Part shown: in pieces, positions 57,088 to 64,000 of the stretch
Numbering within the stretch: the first letter of the stretch is position 1
Layout of the letters: each line of letters starts with the position of its first letter
Assembly (NCBI GenBank): GCA_040400605.1
Contig: JBBAPZ010000007.1
Span: 51,485 to 115,484, forward strand
Direction: 5' to 3'
Source of the DNA: Candidatus Sericytochromatia bacterium
GTDB taxonomy: Bacteria > Cyanobacteriota > Sericytochromatia > S15B-MN24 > JAQBPE01
Length of the DNA: 64,000 bases
Program-made: the position numbers and the translations under genes
Notes under the pieces: model-generated
The model's input: only the letters and a program-made list of their open reading frames with translations
Told to the model about the DNA's origin: nothing
Databases searched by the model: none

Positions 57088-58182
57088 TTGAACGATGATG
57101 CGTCGATGAATTCCGAGTCATTGCTCCTGCATCAAAAAGGAGCTGGTTTACAGAAGTCGGGTGATCTCCCAGCAGCCCGCGACGCTTACATCGCGGCGCT
57201 GGCTCTAGATCCCAGACTTGAGCTCACGCGCGCAAACCTGGCAGGTATCTGTTACCAGTTGGGTGAAATCGATCATGCCATCACGAATTATCAACTGTTG
57301 CTTGAAGCGCATCCGTTGAATATCAAGGCCCGCTTCAACCTTGCGATGGTCTATGCCGCCATTGGTCGTTACGAACAGGCTGGGCAAGCCTTTCGTGGGG
57401 TCTTGCAGCTCGCACCCGATCACGCCTTGGCCCTGACCAATCTCGCACGAATTCTTATCCAACAATCGCGCCACGGTGAAGCGATTGCCGCCTTGGAGCA
57501 ACTGTTGCGCATTAACCCTCAAGACCCTGGTATTTACTATCAACTGGGAAGGTTACAACTGACGATCGGTGATGCAACTACTGCCGAAAAGACCTGGCTG
57601 CTCGGCATGTCCATTCAGGACGATTACCAGCCCATTCTTCTCGCATTGGCAAATCTCGGCAATCAACGCAGCCAGTGGCATCTCTGCCAGCAGTACGCCC
57701 AAAAAGTATTGCGCGCGCACCCCGATCACGCACAAGCCCTGTTATTATGCGCTGAATCCCATACACGGCTGCTGGAGCACAATCAAGCCCGCATTATCCT
57801 TCAACAGTTGCTCCACTATTACCCAGAGCAGGTTGAAGGGCTGTTTCAACTCGGCGTTCTCCAACACACATCGGGAGACCTGAATAACGCAAAAAAACTG
57901 TTAATCTCCGCACTGACAATTAATGAACAGCACGCCGGGTGTCATAACGAACTGGGAACGATTTTCTATCGCGAAGGTAATTGGTCACTGGCGCTTCATC
58001 ATTATCGCGAAGCAGTCAGCATCAATCCAGAAAATCCAATCATCCAGGCAAATATCGGCTTCACGCATCTGGCTCTCGGCGAGCGTGAAGCGGCCGCACA
58101 GTCCTTCGAAACTTATTTAAACAAACCGGATGTATCCGATGCTATCACACACTCCGTTCAGTGTGCCCTTTCTCTTTTATAA
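57088..58182 (+). CDS. Tetratricopeptide repeat protein
   Basis: About 10 TPR motifs (ANLAGI, FNLAMV, TNLARI, HNELGT). Confidence 0.88.
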   Translation: MNDDASMNSESLLLHQKGAGLQKSGDLPAARDAYIAALALDPRLELTRANLAGICYQLGEIDHAITNYQLLLEAHPLNIKARFNLAMVYAAIGRYEQAGQAFRGVLQLAPDHALALTNLARILIQQSRHGEAIAALEQLLRINPQDPGIYYQLGRLQLTIGDATTAEKTWLLGMSIQDDYQPILLALANLGNQRSQWHLCQQYAQKVLRAHPDHAQALLLCAESHTRLLEHNQARIILQQLLHYYPEQVEGLFQLGVLQHTSGDLNNAKKLLISALTINEQHAGCHNELGTIFYREGNWSLALHHYREAVSINPENPIIQANIGFTHLALGEREAAAQSFETYLNKPDVSDAITHSVQCALSLL

Positions 58183-58209
58183 CAAAACTGCTCCGCAAAA
58201 GCGGAGCAG
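58181..58209 (-). terminator. Intrinsic terminator after rplJL
   Basis: Perfect 9-bp stem CTGCTCCGC/GCGGAGCAG followed by TTTTGTT on the - strand. Confidence 0.8.
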
Positions 58210-58251
58210 CCAGCTAAATTAAAAAACACACCGCTCGAACCGAGCGACCGA

Positions 58252-58632
58252 TTACTTGATCGAAACCTTGGCGCCTTCGGCTTCCAGCTTTTCCTTAATC
58301 GCTTGTGCTTCTTCCTTCTTGATCTTTTCTTTAACCGGCTTGGGTGCATTGTCCACCAAGTCTTTGGCTTCTTTCAAACCAAGACCGGTCGCTTCGCGAA
58401 CAACCTTCAGAACCTGAATCTTCTTCTCACCTGCTGACTCGAGGATGACATCAAACTCAGTCTGCTCTTCAACAGCAGGGGCAGCGGCTGCAGCAGGAGC
58501 AGCAGCAAAGGCCATTGGAGCCGCAGCGGAAACACCGAACTTCTCTTCCAGAGCCTTGACTAGTTCAGACAGCTCCAAAACGGTCATCGACTCGATCGCA
58601 CCGATCAATTCACCTTGAGACAAAGATGACAT
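58252..58632 (-). CDS. rplL: 50S ribosomal protein L7/L12
   Basis: [35 protein letters not shown]. Confidence 0.98.
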   Translation of the reverse strand: MSSLSQGELIGAIESMTVLELSELVKALEEKFGVSAAAPMAFAAAPAAAAAPAVEEQTEFDVILESAGEKKIQVLKVVREATGLGLKEAKDLVDNAPKPVKEKIKKEEAQAIKEKLEAEGAKVSIK

Positions 58633-58694
58633 TATACTTCTCCTTGTAAAATACCAGGGATACAACCCCTGCAACAAACCCTACACTAACCGGT

Positions 58695-59234
58695 TCAGGC
58701 GGACTGCTCTTCTTTCTGTTTACGGATCGCATCAAGCGCATACACCAAACTGCGATTCGTACCCGAAAGCACGGTGACCAGACCACGAACAGGCCCATTG
58801 AGCACACCCAAAAGCTGTGCCACCAAGACCTCGCGACTTGGCAGCTCGGCCAAACCTTCGACACCCTTCGCAGAGATCGCCTTCCCCTGCAACACACCCC
58901 CACGAACAGTCACCTTGACTGCCCGTTTCTCCTTGGCGAAGTCGTTCAGCGCCTTGGCAGGTCCGACGACATCATCGAACCCGAACACGATCGCTGTCGG
59001 TCCCGCCAAAAGTGTTTCAAGCGACGACCAGGATTCATGACCAGACGTAGCGACTTTGACCAATGTGTTCTTCGACACAACCACGTCACCACCAGCTTTC
59101 TGCACGCGACGACGAAGATCTGTCAGCTGAGCAACCGTTAACCCACGATAATCAGCAATAATCGCAATCTGCGCCCTTTCAAAATTCGAACGCAAGGCAT
59201 CGACTGAACTCCCTTTTTGTTGTTTAGTTGGCAT
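58695..59234 (-). CDS. rplJ: 50S ribosomal protein L10
   Basis: DYRGLTV, KNTL, GPTA, LPSREVL; GAGGAGG RBS. Confidence 0.97.
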   Translation of the reverse strand: MPTKQQKGSSVDALRSNFERAQIAIIADYRGLTVAQLTDLRRRVQKAGGDVVVSKNTLVKVATSGHESWSSLETLLAGPTAIVFGFDDVVGPAKALNDFAKEKRAVKVTVRGGVLQGKAISAKGVEGLAELPSREVLVAQLLGVLNGPVRGLVTVLSGTNRSLVYALDAIRKQKEEQSA

Positions 59235-59254
59235 GTTTATCACCTCCTCATACT

Positions 59255-59385
59255 AAAATGAACGGGGCCCTCGCGAGACTGCAAGGGCCCAATCAAACTG
59301 CCTATTCAGACAGCCAATGAGACTTACAACCTCGGCAGGCGGGGTCACCCCCATTACCTTAAAAGACCTGCTATCTTCAGTTGAA
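59255..59385 (-). promoter_or_regulatory. L10 leader (autoregulatory RNA)
   Basis: CTGAAGATAGCAGG...TAA...CCTGCCGAGG core plus a GGGCCC/GGGCCC hairpin before the rplJ RBS. Confidence 0.85.
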
Positions 59386-59389
59386 CCAA

Positions 59390-60103
59390 TTACTTGTTCA
59401 CACCAGTTAACTCAGGAAGTCGCGCCAAATCTAACCGAACGCCAGGCCCCATCGTCGACGAAACGAAAACGCTCTTGATGTACGTACCTTTGGCCGCAGC
59501 CGGCTTTACCTTGTTAAGGGCATCATACAAAGCCGCCAAATTGGTGTGCAACCGCTCGGCATCAAAGGAAGCCCTGCCAACAGGTACGTGAACAATACCC
59601 TGCTTGTCAGCGCGAAACTCAACCTTACCAGCCTTGAACTCCTTGACAGCTTTACCGATTTCGGTCGTTACAGTGCCAGCCTTGGGCGACGGCATCAAAC
59701 CCCGCGGGCCAAGAACCTTACCCAACTTGCCCAAAGCACCCATGATATCCGGTGACGCTATCAACAGATCGAAATCCATCCAGCCGCTTTCGATTTTTTG
59801 AATAAGTTCTTCAGAACCGACGACATCCGCGCCGGCAGCCTCGGCTTCCTTCACCCGTTCACCCTTTGTGATAACCGCCACCCGAACATCCTTGCCCGTG
59901 CCGGCCGGCAACACAACAGTGGACCGAACTTGTTGATCCGCATGCCGAGTATTGATACCCAATCGGAAATGAGCCTCAATCGTCTCATCAAATTTGGCCG
60001 TTGCCGCCTTCCGCGACAACTCCAAAGCCTCGCCAGGACCATAACTCTTGGCGCGATCAACCAACTCAACCGCAGCTTTCTGCCTTTTTGAAAGCTTAGC
60101 CAT
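59390..60103 (-). CDS. rplA: 50S ribosomal protein L1
   Basis: [33 protein letters not shown]. Confidence 0.98.
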   Translation of the reverse strand: MAKLSKRQKAAVELVDRAKSYGPGEALELSRKAATAKFDETIEAHFRLGINTRHADQQVRSTVVLPAGTGKDVRVAVITKGERVKEAEAAGADVVGSEELIQKIESGWMDFDLLIASPDIMGALGKLGKVLGPRGLMPSPKAGTVTTEIGKAVKEFKAGKVEFRADKQGIVHVPVGRASFDAERLHTNLAALYDALNKVKPAAAKGTYIKSVFVSSTMGPGVRLDLARLPELTGVNK

Positions 60104-60115
60104 AAATACCTCCCC

Positions 60116-60142
60116 GCGGTGCAAACGGCAAAAGCCTCCCGC
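60116..60142 (-). promoter_or_regulatory. Putative L1-binding operator upstream of rplA
   Basis: GCGGGAG-GGC/GCC hairpin-CACCGC next to the RBS, resembling the L1 rRNA-mimic site. Confidence 0.65.
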
Positions 60143-60170
60143 AATCGTCAAGTGTTAACGCAAAACCTAC

Positions 60171-60596
60171 TCAAGATTCAATCAAAACGCCCATGCTGCG
60201 AGCAGTTCCGCGAATCATTTGCTCTGCCGCTTCCAAACTCGTGGCATTCAAATCTGGCATCTTGAGTGTCGCAATCTCAGTGACCTGCGCTTTCGACAAA
60301 GTACCAACCTTATTCTTATTTGGAACGCCCGACCCCTTATCGATACCAAGTGCTTTCGTGATCAACACCGCAGCAGGCGGCGTCTTCAGAACAAACGTGA
60401 AGGAGCGATCCTCATAAACCGTAATTTCGACCGGAATGACCGTGCCGACTTTGTCAGCTGTCTGCGCATTGTAGGCTTTGCAAAACTCCATAATGTTAAC
60501 ACCATGCTGACCCAAAGCCGGGCCAACAGGTGGCGCCGGATTTGCCTTGCCAGCCGGCAATTGTAACTTGATAAAGCCTGTCGCTTTCTTAGCCAT
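60171..60596 (-). CDS. rplK: 50S ribosomal protein L11
   Basis: [33 protein letters not shown]. Confidence 0.98.
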   Translation of the reverse strand: MAKKATGFIKLQLPAGKANPAPPVGPALGQHGVNIMEFCKAYNAQTADKVGTVIPVEITVYEDRSFTFVLKTPPAAVLITKALGIDKGSGVPNKNKVGTLSKAQVTEIATLKMPDLNATSLEAAEQMIRGTARSMGVLIES

Positions 60597-60610
60597 TTCT
60601 CATCCCCTTT

Positions 60611-61132
60611 TTAAACCTTTGCCACTTGAGCGAACTCAAGCTCAACAGGAGTTGCTCGACCAAAAATCGAAACCGAGACCTTGAGCTTGCCGCGCTCTGG
60701 ATTGACTTCGATAATCTCCCCGCTGAAATCCGCGAAAGGCCCAGATATCACTTTCACATGTTCCCCGATGTGCAAATCGATCTGAACCTTCTGCTTACTG
60801 GCGGCCCGCCTGAATATCTTTCGCACCTCACGCTCGAGCAAAGGAGTCGGCTTGGTCGCAGAACCGACGAAGGAGGTCACACCTGGCGTGCTGCGCACGA
60901 CGTGCCAAGACTCCTCATCTAAATCCATCTCAACCAGAACGTAGCCTGGAAAAACCTTGCGAGGTTTCTCAACACGCTTGCCATCCTTTATCTCAACGAC
61001 GGTCTCTTCGGGAACCTCTACGTGAAAGACCCGATCAGACATATTCATCGACTCAATACGACGCAACAGGTTATTCTTAACCTTGTCTTCGTATCCAGAA
61101 TACGTGTTGATCACATACCACTTCTTAGCCAT
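60611..61132 (-). CDS. nusG: Transcription factor NusG
   Basis: [41 protein letters not shown]. Confidence 0.98.
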   Translation of the reverse strand: MAKKWYVINTYSGYEDKVKNNLLRRIESMNMSDRVFHVEVPEETVVEIKDGKRVEKPRKVFPGYVLVEMDLDEESWHVVRSTPGVTSFVGSATKPTPLLEREVRKIFRRAASKQKVQIDLHIGEHVKVISGPFADFSGEIIEVNPERGKLKVSVSIFGRATPVELEFAQVAKV

Positions 61133-61191
61133 GTCACCCTCGCAGGACTTAAGCCCGCTCCAAACCCAACAAAATCAAGTCAACAGAACCG

Positions 61192-61494
61192 TTAACCACC
61201 AAACAGAACCCGATTGAACACCAACGCAAAAAAACGATCCAATCCTGTTATCAAGGCGGTAAAGAAAAAGACGACTACCAGAACAACAAAAGTTTCAATC
61301 ACAACCATCTTGCGCGTCGGCCAAGTTACCTTGGACAACTCATCTCGAACCCCGCTTAAAAAACCTACGTACTTCGAAAAGAATCCAGGCCCAATGCCTG
61401 CGCCACCTAACTGGAGCGACCGTTCACGCGCATGATCATCGTCGACTGGGGCATCAGAGCCACTGGCTGGCGTTGAGTCATCTAATTGCTTCAC
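61192..61494 (-). CDS. secE: Preprotein translocase subunit SecE
   Basis: ELSKVTWPTR plus one TM; lies between rpmG and nusG. Confidence 0.92.
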   Translation of the reverse strand: MKQLDDSTPASGSDAPVDDDHARERSLQLGGAGIGPGFFSKYVGFLSGVRDELSKVTWPTRKMVVIETFVVLVVVFFFTALITGLDRFFALVFNRVLFGG

Positions 61495-61499
61495 GGCCT

Positions 61500-61649
61500 T
61501 TACTTGGTTTCCTTGTGCGAATGGTAACCTCGACACGTGCGACAAAACTTGTTTAACTCTAAACGATCTGGATGTGTCTTCTTGTTTTTGGTCGTGACAT
61601 AGTTGCGCCGCTTGCACTCACCACAGGCGAGCGTGATGATGATCCGCAT
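61500..61649 (-). CDS. rpmG: 50S ribosomal protein L33 (Zn-binding C+ form)
   Basis: [21 protein letters not shown]...RLEL.KFC..C...H.ETK. Confidence 0.96.
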   Translation of the reverse strand: MRIIITLACGECKRRNYVTTKNKKTHPDRLELNKFCRTCRGYHSHKETK

Positions 61650-61779
61650 AAAAAATCCTTTCCCGAACGCACAAGCACTGCAACAAACGCAACCAAATTG
61701 TGCGCGCATCACAGAACGGCGTTCCCGTAAGCTGCATACCATAGCAATCGTCTAATGCCGCGTCTAAACGGCCTTAACA

Positions 61780-61808
61780 AGGTTATCATAATCAATAGAT
61801 GGTGTCAA
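61780..61808 (-). promoter_or_regulatory. Sigma70-type promoter of the rpmG-secE-nusG-rpl operon
   Basis: TTGACA-17 nt-TAACCT with TGn extension. Confidence 0.75.
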
Positions 61809-62308
61809 TATAATGCTTAATCTGGAAACTTAATTCAAGCTTAATACTTGCGCAAGATCAGAGGGGCATGCCTCGGACGGGCCAACAATCCAAGAAGTCA
61901 AAGCTACAGCGGAGTTACCGATTTCGCCGAAGCAGACCCACTTTGATTGCTGGCAACAAAACCCGTGACACTGAACGTTTGCTGCCTTGCCGCGGCAGAG
62001 CCAGGAAAGCCATACCCCGCATATGTGCACCAGTCAGACGGGTGGCAACGGCCGCAGGCAAGGACGCCCGCACCGTTCGTGAAAACACTCCAACATTCTC
62101 GGTACGTCAAGCACGCTGAAATAACTGAGAAAAACGGATGAGAACCCTCCCGGTCTCACGCGTGACCCCGGTTACGCTCCGAACACCTTGACGCAGGGAA
62201 CCCCAACACGCAAAACAACCAACAGAAGAAAGCATCTGGATAGTCCCGAATTCCTGATCCACGCTACGAAATCAAGTCAAAGACCGCACGCCTCCAAACT
62301 TAACCTCC

Positions 62309-62345
62309 AAGAAGCAGGCGCCGACCCTTTGGGGCCGGCGCCTGC
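62309..62345 (-). terminator. Intrinsic terminator after atpC
   Basis: GCAGGCGCCG...CGGCGCCTGC stem followed by TTCTT. Confidence 0.75.
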
Positions 62346-62362
62346 GAGCAAAAGCAGACTTC

Positions 62363-62776
62363 TCAGCAGCGTCGTGACAAACCACCAAGGAGGTTCACTG
62401 CCTTCAAACGCACAATGGCCTTTTGCAAGGCAATCTCCGAGGACGTTTCATTGAACTTGGACAAAGCTGCCTCCGCACGCCCCTTGGCCTGCTGCGCACG
62501 CAACTCATCAATTTCCTCACCAAGTTCCGCCGCATCCGTCAAAACGGTAGCCTTCCGGGCCTGAACGTTTAAAAAACCACCCATCACCGTCATAACGCGA
62601 TCCTCACCAGAAACCCGATAATGAAGCAAACCTGGCTTTAACGACGTCAACAAAGGCGCATGACCCGGCAGGACTCCCAAATCACCGTCAACTCCAGAAA
62701 GCCAAAAACGATCGACCAAACCCGAGAAAACCAACCGGTCGGGCGCAACCACTTCAAGTGCGATGGTATGTGCCAT
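62363..62776 (-). CDS. atpC: ATP synthase F1 epsilon subunit
   Basis: LEVVAPDR, GDLGVLPGHAPL, VMGGF. Confidence 0.96.
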   Translation of the reverse strand: MAHTIALEVVAPDRLVFSGLVDRFWLSGVDGDLGVLPGHAPLLTSLKPGLLHYRVSGEDRVMTVMGGFLNVQARKATVLTDAAELGEEIDELRAQQAKGRAEAALSKFNETSSEIALQKAIVRLKAVNLLGGLSRRC

Positions 62777-62781
62777 TCCAA

Positions 62782-64000
<1,219 letters not shown>

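Noticed and set aside
61494..61500. Expected tRNA-Trp between rpmG and secE
   Set aside because: Only 5 nt separate the genes; no tRNA is present
61816..61847. CTTAA repeats as a cyanobacterial Pho box
   Set aside because: Spacing is 13 and 11 nt rather than a regular 11-nt period, and no phosphate-related gene is adjacent

Overview
Mostly core-genome bacterial DNA (about 55-60% GC by eye). I found no transposase, prophage, CRISPR array, tRNA or rRNA. From left to right: a + strand run (ROK sugar kinase, a truncated FlhA/FHIPEP homologue, a DHH-CBS tRNA nucleotidyltransferase, a site-2 protease, an HD protein); a - strand dcw cluster preceded by RNase P RNA (rnpB-rsmH-ftsL-ftsI-murF-mraY-murD-ftsW-murG-murC-murB-ftsQ-DUF881-sbp-ftsZ-ileS-TPR-DUF2997); a GAF/HD-GYP/GAF/GGDEF protein with degenerate motifs; lipid genes (PlsC-like, long-chain acyl-CoA ligase); gmhB-murJ; a DUF4388 protein; two NHL-repeat lipoproteins; a beta-ureidopropionase-like nitrilase; a repeat-rich peptidoglycan-binding protein; bioY; secD-secF followed by a two-domain GT-C/PMT glycosyltransferase and a Ser/Pro-rich lipoprotein; rpmG-secE-nusG-rplKAJL with L1 and L10 leader elements; and atpD-atpC. 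Gene content suggests, by inference only, a non-photosynthetic relative of Cyanobacteria (Sericytochromatia/Vampirovibrionia-like). The best leads for something undescribed are a putative Sec-linked protein O-glycosylation locus, the FlhA cytoplasmic-domain protein lacking its export gate, and several unannotated structured intergenic elements (about 6.3, 31.4, 41.0 and 47.1 kb). All family calls come from motif recognition, not database searches.
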